Shown: positions 13,276-26,516 of the stretch, piece by piece
Position numbering within the stretch: the stretch's first letter is position 1
Layout of the letters: each line of letters starts with the position of its first letter
Assembly (NCBI RefSeq): GCF_044704955.1
Contig: NC_091984.1
Coordinates: 109,120,001 to 109,184,000 of the forward strand
Source: Pristiophorus japonicus
Taxonomy: Eukaryota
Length of the DNA: 64,000 nt
Reading direction: 5' to 3'
Notes under the pieces: generated by a model
Seen by the model: the letters and a program-made list of their open reading frames with translations, nothing else
The model's database searches: none
Told to the model about the DNA's origin: nothing
Translations under genes and position numbers: made by a program

Positions 13276-13869
13276 TTGGAAGATGCCGAAGCCCTTATTA
13301 GGCGATAGAACATCAGTGTGCAGCAACAAAGGGCAGATCACATCAATTTGACCGTGGTGGTTGCTAAGAGCACAGAAAGACTTACAGGCAATTTACAGAT
13401 TTACTACAGTCCGGTAGATGATTCAGCAATCAGGGCCAGAAAGTGCTGATTAACACTACATTTAAAGTTTTAGGTAGAACTGCCAGAGTCTCAGGTAATG
13501 ACACCGGAGATAAACCTACGGGAAGAAGCGATATGTGAAGAGTTGTGAGTTGTATTTTATAAAGATTTCTAGATTGACATGGAATGTCAAGGCACAGCAA
13601 TTGAGTTCCAATTTCAAACAAGGTCGTCTTGTTGCACCAGAGGTTGTGCTGCTGCCCGAAGCATAATGTTGTGGAATCAGATTCCAGATCTCTGGAGTTC
13701 CAGTAGACCATCCTCCTCCATTCTAATTGCCTACATGGCTTTGGACATTTTGGGAGTGTGTATAGGTTAACGTTCAGAATTATTAGCAGTAAATGGGATC
13801 AGCAAGACAAGGATCTGCTCCCATTATTCAACACCTATTTGCATACTGATTGATTTAACAGCTTGTTAT

Positions 13870-14340
13870 GAACGTACGGAAATGTCAGTCAGGAAACAAC
13901 GAGCTGATCCACCCAGCCTGTTCCATACAGTTGTGATGGCTTATGCATCAGGTCAAGTGACTCCCTACCTAGGTGCCATGTAGTCTCCTGGGAGGGACAA
14001 AAAAACAGACAAAAACCCAAGGGAAAAATCTGGCAAGTTTGCCTCCGATCCCTTTAGGCATTCGCATCTAGCCCAGGAGATCACTTTGAACATGACTTAT
14101 ATTAATTAGCACCTACCTGTTGTATGATGCAATCTTCGCCCCAGCCAGGAACTGGTGCAGATTTTGCTTGAAAGTACACAATCAGCTCCCACCGCATAAG
14201 CTGCCAGCCTGTGTCACAAGTCTACTGCTATCTGAGAGAAGAACTGCCCAACGCCTGACCTATTTTTTCAACTTGCACAATTCATATGCATGGACCCTGG
14301 TCCTCCCTAGCCTACCAAATTGAAATAATTTGTCAGCTTG
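13870..14340 (-). mobile_element. Very old CR1-like 3' fragment
   Basis: Degenerate similarity to CR1 3' coding ends (gagagaagaact..., tatgcatggaccctggtcctccctag). Confidence 0.35.
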
Positions 14341-15094
14341 CACACAATCTAGTTCAAAACTCTTGCAACATGGTTTACCAGATAACAATGGCTGTTTACA
14401 AAGTTATATAGTAGAGATACTGGAAGTACATTCTACAGATGAGAACATCTCAATTTTTTTGAAGTTCTTAGAACAGAATAAATTACTACTCCTGAAAACA
14501 GACTTTTTTGTAAGATAGTTTTTTCCTGATCTGAGGATCATTTTTGCATAGAGCTACCTTTTCAAACCTCTGCTGATCATTTGATTCTGTTCATTCTATT
14601 GTGCCCGTGTCACCTTTGATCAGACACCGCGACACGCTCATACTGATTGGGTTAACAAGTGGACAATCACATGACCCTGCAACTGTGTCCTGATTGGCTT
14701 GTGGTGGCATTACGTCATGCAGGTTGATCATTATATTTTCACTCATTGTGAACCACAGCCAAGGTCAGCCAACATAAAGGGCTATTGGACCTTCCTTTTA
14801 ACTTGTAATCAATTACACAACTTGGAATGGTCAGATATTCTTAAAACTCTCTTCTATAATTCATCATCTTGAGAGCCTGTAAAGAGTGCTGGAAAATCTA
14901 AGGCACCATCCTAACATTTTCCTTATGTAACTGGGTTTTACTGGGTTTGATGTCAGATGTGAAAAGTGATATGTCCTTACTATACAGTATAAATGCACAC
15001 GAGGCCCATACTTGAGAGAAGGTCACTCTGTGACCAGTCACCTTTATTGCCAAGACCTCAAGAGGCAGACGGTGGGTGGAGCTTTCCCTTTTAT

Positions 15095-16308
15095 TGTAAG
15101 GGGAGCTTGGGGTGTGGCTTCGATTCCACACTCCCCTGGGGTTCTGTATGTGTGATTTATGAGGATGGGTGAGTAATGAGGCACCAGACACAGTGGGTAA
15201 GAGTACAAAATGGCTAATGTTGTTTATTTAGAATAGTAAACACCAAGATAGAGGGCATAGGAAGAGGTCATAAATAGCAGTAATGGCACAATCTCACTCA
15301 ACAACACGAAAAATCTCACAACAGGGAAGGGGAAAATAAGAGGTTAAAACATTCCACTCACACACAACCACACCTCCCACTTCCACCCTTCTTACCAATT
15401 CCTATCCTAAATTGAGACTGTGAGGGGGTTTGGGCAATACTCATAATCCTATCAACTCCGGGGTACTGGGGGGGGGCACTTATTTCAGCTCGGGGTCCCT
15501 CTGAGGTGGGTTTTATGTTGCTGGTCGGTTCGGTTTTCCTCCTCGATGTTGCGTCGGTTTCTTCTCTTTGCCTTTCGGTTGGCTCCTAAGCAAAAAGCTG
15601 CTGGAGTTAAGCACACCTTCCCCAGAGCAAGGGCCCTGTGAAAAGCTGACTCCAACCTCCAAAAGCTGACTCTCACTGCTCCAACCTCTCTCCAGCTGCT
15701 TCCACACCTTGCTGCTTCTACACCCTCGGTGATTCTGTAGGTCCTATAACCAATTTAGTTCTGGCCTTTTCACGCTCAAACTCAGTTGGTGGTCCATTGT
15801 GTAAGTTTGGGCGGGGAGATAGCTTTGAATATTTAATCAGAAGATGTCACAGGTACAGGTAGGTGTGAGGACAGGGGTATTGTTTCAGTGCACATTGGTG
15901 CCTCAAAGTCTGTTGGTCTATTGTAACAGTCCTGGGAGTCAATCCGTTTGGGCCTCTCCTTTGATGGGCCATTAGGTAGATGATGGTCCACATTCATTAG
16001 GGGTGTGTCATATTTTCAAACTGGGCCGGGTAGTCCCCATTGGTTGAGGATTTCCCCGCTTCAGGCCCAACTCGACCCCTGATTGGCCTGCCAGAATGCA
16101 CTTTTCCCCCATTGGCCAGTGCCTCTGTCTCGCTTGTGAGCCAGACTCCACAATGTCTGTATCCGCCCACACGCTTTCCAGCCTGCCTCGTCTGAGGATT
16201 TTACTTGGCCAAAAATGTTCATTTAAAATGTATAGGACGATCCCATGATAGTTTTCTTGTCCTTAGGGTGTTCCAATAAAATGCAGCCGTGGATTTTCGA
16301 ACCTTACA
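15095..16308 (-). mobile_element. 1214-bp solo-LTR-like insertion
   Basis: Ends TGTAAGG...CCTTACA, flanked by CCTTTTAT at 15087-15094 and 16309-16316. Minus-strand AATAAA about 130 bp from its end. Non-coding. Strand is tentative. Confidence 0.8.
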
Positions 16309-16402
16309 CCTTTTATACCAGAAAGTCCAGGTTAGGAGTGTCTCCCATAAATTCGCCCCATGTGGTCAATGTTCTCAAAGTGTACAACTTAAGTCAGCTT
16401 AT

Positions 16403-16950
16403 AAGAACATAAGAATTAGGAACAGGAGTAGGCCATCTAGCCCCTCGAGCCTGCTCCGCCATTCAACAAGATCATGGCTGATCTGGCCGTGGACTCAGCT
16501 CCACTTACCCGCCCGCTCCCCATGACCCTTAATTTCCTTATTGGTTAAAAATCTATCTATCTGTGATTTGAATACATTCAATGAGCTAGCCTCAACTGCT
16601 TCCTTGGGCAGAGAATTCCACAGATTCACAACCCTCTGGGAGAAGAAATTCCTTCTCAACTGGGTTTTAAATTGGCTCCCCCGTATTTTGAGGCTGTGCC
16701 CCCTAGTTCTAGTCTCCCCGACCAGTGGAAACAACCTCTCTGCCTCTATCTTGTCCATCCCTTTCGTTATTTTAAATGTTTCTATAAGATCACCCCTCAT
16801 CCTTCTAAACTCCAACAAGTAAAGACCCAGTCTACTCAATCTATCATCATAAGGTAACCCTCTCATCTCCGGAATCAGCCGAGTGAATCGTCTTTGTACC
16901 CACTGCAAAGCTAGTATATCGTTCCTTAAGTAAGGTGACCAAAACTGCAC
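16403..16950 (-). mobile_element. CR1 3' fragment, (TTCTTATG)n-tail subfamily
   Basis: ORF 16495-16950 (QFWSPYLR...VVNLWNSLP). Near-identical to 33611-34262 and to the 3' part of 59523-61551. Confidence 0.92.
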
Positions 16951-16983
16951 ACATGGGTTACAATGATAGTTGAATACATGACA

Positions 16984-19900
16984 TCACCTCCCCCCCAAAG
17001 TCTTATTGAGATCACAGGTTAAGTCTCTCTGGTGGTTTACACTCCCTTGTAGAGCGCCTGAGTTGGGGCTCCGGTTGTTGGGCGCTGGCCTGAGTGTCTG
17101 CTGTTGGCGGTGCCGGTGTTCGGTCACCTGTGGTGGAGTAAACTCTACGTTGTGTTCTTCCTCTGCTTCTTCTATGGGGTTGCTGAACCTCCTCTTAGTT
17201 TGATCCACATGTTTGCAGCAGATTTGTCCATTGGTAAGTTTAACTACCAAAACCCTATTCCCCTCTTTGGCAATCACAGTGTCTGCAAGCCATTTGGGCC
17301 CTGCAGCGTAATTAAGGAAAAAAACAGGATCATTGACATCAATACATCGCCCCCTCGCAATCCTGTCATGGTAGTCACATTGTGACTGATGCCTGCTCTC
17401 AACAATTTCTTTCATAGTAGGGTGTATAGGGGATAACCTAGTTTTGAGCATCCTTTTCATTAGCAGCTCTGCGGGTGGAACTCCTGTGAGCGAGTGTGGT
17501 CGGGATCTATTGGCCAACAGGAGGCGTGATAAGCGGCTTTGTAGGGAACCCCCTTGGATTCTGAGCATCCCCTGTTTGATTATCTGCACTGCTCGTTCTG
17601 CCTGGCCATTTGAGGCTGGCTTGAACGGTGCCATTCTGACATGGTTGATTCCATTGCCTGCCATGAAGTCCTGGAATTCAGTGCTTGTGAAGCACGGGCC
17701 ATTGTCGCTGACCAAGACATTCGGTAGACCATGAGCGGCGAACATTGCCCGTAGACTTTCTACCATGGCAGAGGATGTGCTTGAATTTAAAATGGCACAC
17801 TCAATCCATTTGGAGTAGGCGTCTACTACAACCAAAGACATTTTTCCCATGAAAGGACCTGCGTAGTCCACATGGATGCATTAACATGGCTTGGCGGGCC
17901 ATGACTAGGGGCTAAGGGTGGGCTTCCCTGGGTGCGTTGCCCAGCTGACCACACGTGTTTCACCTGTGAACACAAAGTTCCAGGTCTGCATCTATCCCTG
18001 GCCACCAAATGTGTGACCTGGCAATTGCCTTCATCATGACAATGCCCGGGTGCTCATTGTGGAGTTCTCTGATAAACACCTCTCTGCCCTTCTGGGGCAT
18101 GACTACTCGGTTTCCCCACAGGAGGCAATCGGCCAGAATCAAGAGTTCATCCTTGCACCTATGAAACGGTTTAAACTCCTCAGGGCATACCCCATATGTA
18201 GCTGCCCAGTCCCCATTCAGGACACATTTCTTAACTAAAGACAATAGCGGATCTCTATTTGTCCAGACGTTGATCTGACGGGCTGTCACAGGTGAGCCTT
18301 CGCTTTCGAAAGCTTCAACAGCCATGACCATCTCAGCAGCATGCTCGGCAGCCCCCTCAGTGGTGGCTAGTGGGAGCCTGCTGAGTGCATCGGCGCAGTT
18401 TTCAGTGCCAGGTCTGTGCCGAATTGTGTAGTCATAGGCGGCTAACCTAAGTATCCACCTCTGTATGCGGGCCGATGCATTCGTATTTATGGCCTCGTTG
18501 TCAGCCAAAAGGGACGTTAGGGATTTGTGATCTGTCTCCAGCTCAAATTTCCTGCCAAACAGGTACTGGTGCATTTTTTTTACTGCATATACACATGCTA
18601 GGGCTTCCTTTTCTACCATCCCATAGCCCCTTTCTGCCTGGGACAGACTTCTGGAGGCATAAGCTATCGGCTGTAACTGACCAGTGGCATTCACATGCTG
18701 CAACACACACCCGACCCCATAGGACGATGCATCGCACGTTAAAACTAGTTTCTTACACGGGTCATCTAACGCTAACAGTTTGTTGGAGCATAATAAGTTG
18801 CATGCTCTATCAAAAGCTCTTTCCTGGCTGTCCCCCTCCCGACCCAATCGTGACCTTTGCGTAGGAGCACGTGTAGCGGCTCTAACAGCGTGCTCAAATT
18901 GGGAAGAAAGTTGCCAAAATAGTTCAGGAGCCCCAGGAACGAATGCAGCTCCGTCGTGTTACGGGGTCTGGGTGCTCTCTGGATCGCTTCCGTTTTGAAC
19001 ACAGTAGGTCTGATCCCGTCTGCTGCTACCCTCCTCCCCAGGAATTCTACCTCTGGAGCTAAGAAGACGCACTTCGCCTTTTTCAGTCGCAGCACTACCC
19101 GGTCCAGTCTGCACAGCACCTCCTCAGGGTTGTGGAGGTGTTCTTCAGTATCGTAACCCATGATGAGGACGCCGTCTTGAAAAACCACTGTCTTTGGAAT
19201 CGACTTGAGGAGGCTTTCCATATTTCGCTGAAAGATCGTGGCGGCCAAACGAATCCAGAACGGACATCTGTTATACTCGAACAACCTCTTGTGTGTCGTG
19301 ATGGTGGTTAGCTTCCTTGACTCACTCACCAGCTTCTGGGTTATGTAAGCTGAGGTCAGGTCCAATTTTGAAAAAAGTTTGCCACCGGATAGCGTCGCAA
19401 AGAGGTCCTCCACTCTCGGTAGTGGGTACTGGTCTTGGAGTGACACCTGATTGATGGTGGCCTTGTAATCGCCACATATCCTGACCGACCCATCCGCCTT
19501 GAGCACCGGCACGATCGGGCTCGCCCAGTCACTGAATTCGACTGGCGAGATGATGCCTTCCCTCAGCAGGTGGTCCAATTCGCATTCTATCTTTTCCCGC
19601 ATCACGTACGGCACCGGTCTGACCTTGTGGTGTACTGGCCTGGCTCCGAGTTTATGTGAATCACTACCTTGGTCCCCATGAAAGTGCCGATGCCGGGTTG
19701 AAATAATGAGTCAAATTTGTCCAGGGCCTGTGAGCATGATACTCACTCCACAGAAGAAATTGCATTGACATCGCCCCATTTCCAGTTCATGACAGCAAAC
19801 CAACTCCTCCCCAGTAGTGCGGGACCATTCCCCGGGACAATCCAGAGTGGCAGCCTGTTCTCCGAATCTTTGTGGGTCACGACTACCGTGGTGCTGCCTA

Positions 19901-20290
19901 GCACCGGAATGATCTGCTTTGTATATGTCCGTAGCAGTGCGTCAATCGGCAATAATTTTGGCCTCCTGGCCTTGGACACCCACAACCTTTTGAACTGTTT
20001 GATACTCATCAGAGACTGGCTGGCCCCTGTGTCTAGCTCCATTAATACTGGGATGCCATTGAGGAGCATTTTCATCATTATTGGTGACGTCCTGGTATAT
20101 GAACTGTATATGTGCTCCACATGAACTCACTGAACTTCAGCTTCCAGCGATTTCCCCCAGTATTCATTTGGCCTCGTAGGGCTTACATCGGGCCCGTCCT
20201 CCTCGTACATCAACCAGGCTGCAGGCTTCCTGCACATACACGCCAAGTAACTGCTGACGTTGCAGTTTTTGCAGGTATATTTCTGATATT
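16984..20290 (-). pseudogene. Gypsy gag-pol remnant (PR-RT-RH-IN)
   Basis: ORFs 19743-20120, 18772-19614, 17960-18847 and 16984-17871 are separated by stops and frameshifts. The RT motif C reads FQDG. Confidence 0.9.
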
Positions 20291-21289
20291 GAGGTGGGGG
20301 AGTCGCACCATGGTCCCTCCTCATTTAAATTTACACCAACCCACAGAATGAATCCCAGTTTTATGCATTTCAAGCACAGTATTTGTATGAAAAGGTTACT
20401 CTGAGGTTTGAAATTCCCCCCTCCTCATACCCAAAAAATAAGCCCAAGGGACAATGATGCAGCAGCCAATGAAATGAATAAAATGGAGCGGGGTGGGGGA
20501 GTATGTTAAATAAGATGGTGACAGATGCTTGTCACCTGCCACTCTCTATGTGGATGATAACCTGACTATTATGCATGCACCATATATCTCTAATTATCAT
20601 TTAATATTCAGTTCATAAATAAGCCTTCTGGTTTTTGAGCTTATTATTCCTGAATTTGGGTCAGTAAAATCAGGTGAAATCAGTTGGAAGCAAATATATA
20701 TTTTACTAGTCGAAAATAATGCAGAATATTGATTAGAAAAAAAACTTTGGGTTTAATCAACAGAACGAGTTTGGAAGGAACAAATAAAATACTTTAAATA
20801 AACACTTACACTGACTTCATGAAGTATAATCTATAAGATGCTGACATGTATCATTATGCATCCTCAACACCCTTCCACATAAACCTCTGCCTGGCTATCT
20901 GTGAGCTCTACATCCTTGCTGCCAATGGAGAGGAGGTGAAGTCCTCCCTGCACCAAACAAGGCATCAGTCAAACCGCAATCTTCCAGTGTTGGAATTCCT
21001 GGCTCTTGTACGGCTGAACCTTCATTTTGGAATGTATATTTAAGGAAGAAATTGTCACTTTTAATTGTGTTTAATCCTAAAGCCAGTAAGGAGCATTCAT
21101 CTTTGGGAGTGGGGTGTGGTTGTTGAGAGGAAGCCGGGGGGAAGTGAGGGGAGGGTGGGAAGAGTTAAATCATTTGAATAAGCACAATTGTTCATCTTGC
21201 AGTTTTGTAATTAAGAGAAAATATTTCTGTAGGGATGTGCTCTTTGGCACAAAGTACACTGTCCATTTTGGTGGAGTTCAAAACCCTTG

Positions 21290-23096
21290 GAGGAATTTTG
21301 ACTTTAGACAATAGTGTAAAACGGGCGATATCAGCTGGATTTAACATCTCTCCACAGTGACATCAATGGAAACAAAAATCAGGAGCGGTGTTTAATGGGT
21401 GGGAGCCATTTTACGCCGACTACAATTTGGAATGGCCTGCATCCGAAGGGCGCCCCGTTCTGATCTTCACCTCGCAGGCCATTACCACATAGCAGCTGCA
21501 CGTGGCAGGGCACTATTGGAGGAGGTCGATGGGCACTACTGGGACCCTAAAGCTGGCAGTAACATTAAAGGGGCAGGTACAGTAGAGGCCCCATGAGAGA
21601 AATGGATCATTTTCTGCAGAAGCTTTATGGAAGCATGAATTATTGCGCTGCTTTTTTTAAGATTTAAAAGCATTAATATCCATTTTTGTCAGCCAGAAGC
21701 TGAAGTTCTGCATGTCTCTGTTCCTCTCGAACATTTGAATGCACCTTACACTATGATCATGTTTGTGCTGCTCAACCAGGCGGGGATGGTGGCAGCACCC
21801 CAAACAGAAGTCTGGGCATCCTTGCAGGGGAACGTTATCTTGGAAAGAGTATGCAAGAGGGAAGCACCGTGGTGATGAGTTGGAAAAGATAGGTTTCTAG
21901 GGAGTAATTTTATCCTAACCCACGTGGCGAGAAACTGACAGGATCAGATCAGCTGCCTGTTTTACACTGTGTCTGATTTTACTTTCTATTGATATTGATT
22001 AAAATGACCCACTCCCTTTAGTGTTAAATCTTGTATGGTTACAGGGAGGGAGGTTTGTTGCCCTGTGTGGTTCAGAAGAGGGCCAGGCAAATTCATTCAG
22101 CAGCTGTCAAGAGGGCTTGTGGTTATTGCTGTTTTGTTCATATCATTATAGTTTATTGAAGCAGATCAGGACCCAGTAATTAATGTGTGGACTTGTCTCC
22201 ACCATTTTACAGAGAGGGTCAAAATAGAAGACCGTTGGTTGGGATACCTATAAATATCTTGCAACTCAACATTTATATCTGCACTAATGCCCCTTTATAA
22301 GAAAAAATGCACAGGCCATAGATACACACCAATTTAATTTCTTCTCTGCCATTAAAGAATTTGGTCATACCATCTGTTAACCCACCTCAACTTAGTCACT
22401 GCATTTGCAGATTTCTAATACCTAATGGATGCAGCAATAGCTTTATGACAAGTGGTTTAAGCACCAATGCTGAAGTAGATGTTAGCCTTTGATATCTGTT
22501 CTTGTAGTGCTCCACTCTGCCAGATGTGGAACCACATCAGGCAGGAGTGGAGATACTGTGAAAGGACTCTTCAATCCTTGGAGACTGGAAAAGTTTTTTC
22601 AGCTCCCAAACTACACAGAAACCTGTCTTCACTGTAACATCTGGAATAAGAAGTGTGGAAACTTCTAAGGATAGATCACATGAAGTAATATTAGAGAACA
22701 GATTCCAACAATAACTTGTAGCACAAATTTGTAAACTTGATTGATTGTGATGCCAAAAGTGACTGCAGCCCTCACAGGGTTTGTTCTTTGAATTATTTGA
22801 GCTAAGGGCAGAGGACCATATTCGCTGTATTTTACCCTGAAGAGATTTTCTCCGCTAAAAAATTCCAACAAATGGTAAAAATATTCAAGTATTATCCTGC
22901 AATTGCTTTCCTAAATGGCAGAACTAATGTCCATATGAGTCAGATATGTAAAACTAAAAGGGGGCGAACCTGGTCTTCTCAATAGCACAAAATGGCCGTC
23001 GGCCACCCTTTCATTGAAGTCAATCGAAAAGCAAATGAGGCAGGTGTAAACTGGCCGCCGTATTGCCGTACCACCTGAGACTAGTTTCACCCCCAC
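21290..23096. mobile_element. Three short, decayed palindromic MITE fragments (~21290-21430, ~21900-22010, 22960-23096)
   Basis: Shared motifs (tgtaaaacgggcg, cattgaagtcaat). The last copy has TIRs GGGGCGAACCTGGTCT / AGACTAGTTTCACCCC. Confidence 0.45.
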
Positions 23097-23444
23097 AGAA
23101 TTTCAAAAATTGGACGTGAAAGCAATTTGCATTTTTGTAGAATGACGAGCATTCTTCAGTATTTGTACTGTTCTCTCTGGCACTCCGTAGCAACTGAAAG
23201 CCACTGTATATATGCACCATTTTGTTTATTTCCTCCTATACTAGTGAAGGAATTTTGGGTGCACTTACACCAGATGTTACAACAATTTCCTGCTGTACGT
23301 TCAGTGCCATTCCTTTTGCAATCGTGTGTTTATATTCAGGGCCATTTTTGAGTTGTCAGCTTTTGGGGCCGACAGTTTTACCACATTTTCTATGCTGGCA
23401 GATATATCAGTGAATCTACAGTTAACACAATGGCACTCAATGTA

Positions 23445-24171
23445 TGACCTCATCTTTCTTGTCTGGAAGGAGGAGAGCATACCAGGGGATTTCAGAGACA
23501 CCGTAATTGGGACCATCTTCAGGAAAGGTGACAAGTCTGATTGCGATAATTACAGAGGAGTTTCCCTGCTGTCTGCCACAGGGAAAATTATCGCAAGAAT
23601 TCTCCTCAATCGTCTCCTCCCAGTGGCTGCAGAGCTCCTTCCAGAGTCACAATGCAGATTCCACCCACTAAGAGGCACAACAGAGTACCAATGTCAATGT
23701 TCTCTCTCAGACCCACATCGCTAGCATCGAGCCATTGATCACACATTGTCCGCATGCCTGATACAAGACTCCCGAAGCAAGTATTTTACTCAGAGCTCCG
23801 TCACGGCAAGCGAGTCCAAGGAGGGCAGAGAAAACGCTTCAAGGATGTCCTCGGAGCCTCCTTGAAAAAATGTAACATCCCCACCGACTATTGGGAATTC
23901 CTGGCCCAAGACTGCTCAAAGTGGAGGAGAAGCATCCGAGAAGGCGCCGAACACCTCGAGTCTCTTCGTCAGGAGCACGTGGAAGCCGAGTACAAACAAC
24001 GCAAGGAGCGTACGACAAATCAAGCACCACACCCACCCATCCCTTCAACCACCACCTGCCCTACCTGTGACAGTGACTGTAGATCCCGCATTGGAATCAT
24101 CAGTCAACTTAGAACTCATATTAGTGTGGAAGCAAGTCATCCTCGACTTCAGGGGAGTGCCTAAGGAGAAG
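23445..24171 (+). mobile_element. RTE-clade LINE, 5'-truncated and internally deleted
   Basis: KGDKSDCDNYRGVSLLS...LPESQC and MPDTRLPKQVFYSEL...GGQRKRFKD...CPTC...SRIG. 10-bp TSD ACTCAATGTA at 23435-23444 and 24172-24181. Confidence 0.9.
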
Positions 24172-24595
24172 ACTCAATGTAATTCAAGAAACAATTGAAA
24201 TTAAGCAAAAAAAAGTCTACTCCTCATAATTCAATGTTTTTTTTTACCCAATAATTTGCTTTAAGGAATATAAATTAAGCGACGTGGGAAATTAGTGTCA
24301 AAAATAATGAAATAAAGATCGATTAATTTGAATGAAGTAACTTAGAATTAAGAGATGTAACCTAAACACTCTACAAATGGAGTAATAAATTCAGCCTTCC
24401 ATAATGCACGGGGTTTAAAGTGCCAAATTTGGCCTCACCGACACACTACAACTTGATTATTCTTGTGTTCTGTCATACTAACTTCAACCCAAGTGGTATT
24501 CTGCACTGTGGGCATTGGCGCTTCACCTTGGTCTCAAATTATCTTTTTTAAAGAAAATTTCACAACTATTTCTGGGCAACATTTAAAAAATACAA

Positions 24596-26495
24596 GGGGA
24601 GAGAAATTCCCAACCTTAGTACCACCTGTTAGGGCGGCGTTAAGTGAAGAAAGCGGCGTCCAATGATCTTCCGCCATTTTCAATGTTCTGGTAGCACTAG
24701 CATTCCGAGGTAGCGCCATGATAAACAATGACGGAGTGGTGACATCAGTCAGTGTGCAACACTGAGAATTTCGATCCTAGTGCTGAATTCAATGCTGGGT
24801 CCTAAGCATGCCAGGTAAACCCTGTGTGCAAGCAGACAGACAGAGGCAATGTCAGCATCTCATAAAGGGACACAAATATCTTTCAGGTAAATTTGCATTT
24901 AAGCATTTGGACTGTTTTTTTTTGATTTTATTGAAGTACTGGCTCGATGCAATATATGTTTAAAGTTTTTTTAATGTATAGGGAGTACTGCTGGATGCTT
25001 GCAAGGCCTTGAATGGTAAAGGAAGGTCTCTGAGAAGAAAAAAAGTGCTTCAAATACTCAGCAAGTCAGGCAACATCTGTGGTGCGAGAAACAGATTTCA
25101 CGTCTCAGGTCGAGATGCTACCTGACCAGCTAAGTACTTCCAACATTTTATGCCATAATTTCAGATTATAGCATCCTCCCACAGTGAGAAGAGGAAGACA
25201 CAAAAGAGGAAGAAGTCGAGGAGTAGAAAGCCAAAGGAAGGGTGAAAACCAGGCAGCCTCTTTCTGGCCGGAATATCTGGGATTGAATCATCTGCCTGTG
25301 GTCCCAGGGCTGCTGACTTTCAGTGGGGGACACTGAAGATGGCCTTCCTGGTCGACCTTGAGGAGCTGGTGGCTGGGAGTGTCAAATCAATCTTCTTCTT
25401 CGTCTTCTTCTTCACTCTCCTCTCCTTGACCAACTACTGGCTGGGCAGGCTGTCTTTCTTCAGTATGTGAAATGAGGGAGGCACAAGGGTGCAATTGTGG
25501 TGAGGGGAGGGCAGGAAAGCACGAGATGCATACCAGATGGAGGATAATGTATGAGAATAGCAGCATCTTGTACCTTTCAGCCCCACTGCTGGCCAAGGGC
25601 TCAGCCATGCCCCTCCCAGAAATGGCCTGCACCGTCTCCTCCAAGGGGGTGAGGTGAAGCTCGGAATGGGAGATGTGCCTCATAATTGGATAATTGGTCG
25701 AGATTGTTGGTAGGTGAGTGATTGTGGGGGGTCGGGGCGGGGGGGGGTGTTGGGGTGGGGTCGTGCATTGACCACTTGTGAGGCTAGTGTTGCAGTTGGT
25801 AGCAGACAGCTTTTGAAGATGCATTCACTGGTCTGAGGTCATGAGGCCTCTTTGGGCACTGGAGCCAGGGGGTGGGGGGGTGGTGACACTGCTGGCCTCG
25901 GTTATGTGGTCCCACATTGTTCTTTCTGGAGGGGCTCCTGGCCCCTGTGGGTAGAGGATCTCTCTTGTAGTGTTGCCCCCCCGCACAAAGTTGGAGCGCT
26001 GCGTACGAGGCCCTGGATGCCCCTTCCCTGGCTTGCTGAGCCATTTGTGTTAGTGCTGAAGTACCATTTCTTGAGGCTCAGAAGGGAATTCAGCTTTATG
26101 TGCTGAAGAATACCATTTGGGACTTCTTTTTAATGGTATTTTTTTATTGAAAGGTAGTAAGAGTTGAAAGCTGCATTTTTTTCACTGCATTGTAAGTTTT
26201 ATTAGATCTGAAAGTATCGCCCCTTTAATTCATTGCCCTTTTAATTGCCTACAGTGCCTTGCGAACTCCACAAGCCTCCTTCCAAAGGCTAGAAGAAACT
26301 GCAATGCCGACTGTGGATGGGAACTTCGGGTCAGAGGCCTCCATTAAATCCAGCAGGAGGCCTTGCATGGTAAGTTGGTGATGCCAACTCCCAGTGCAAT
26401 ATTTTCACCGTTAGGGCTGCGGCCATTTTCAGCAGCTGTTAACCTGAGTTGCCGGTGATACCAGCAATTCTTTTCGTGCACACAAACTTTTCCCC
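24596..26495. mobile_element. Old Harbinger derivative with a decayed minus-strand Myb/SANT gene
   Basis: GGGGAGAGAAATT...AAACTTTTCCCC termini. 26044-25830 (-) is a degenerate MAQQARE..SYAAL...WLQCPKRPHDL. A second segment reads LTPLEETV. Acidic transposase-tail-like remnant at ~25170-25290. Confidence 0.6.
25030..25170. mobile_element. Penelope-like terminal-repeat fragments, head-to-head
   Basis: aaatactcagcaagtcaggcaacatctgtgg followed by gatgctacctgaccagctaagtacttccaacatttt. Related to 29990-30085. Confidence 0.5.
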
Positions 26496-26516
26496 CAGGG
26501 AGGTTGGCTACAGGGA

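Larger units (their letters stand above)
14967..20290 (-). mobile_element. Ty3/Gypsy (Mag-like) LTR retrotransposon, 5'-truncated, with two insertions in its 3' LTR
   Basis: Minus-strand order: Zn knuckle, protease (ELDTGAS), RT, RNase H (CDASSYGVG), integrase (SDNGPCF, SNGQAER). A polypurine tract abuts the LTR start TGTCATG at 16983 and the LTR ends ...ATATCA at 14967. No 5' LTR found. Confidence 0.92.

Noticed and set aside
13386-13515. Minus-strand AG...GTAAGT segment as a coding exon
   Set aside because: Stops in all three frames; at most non-coding.
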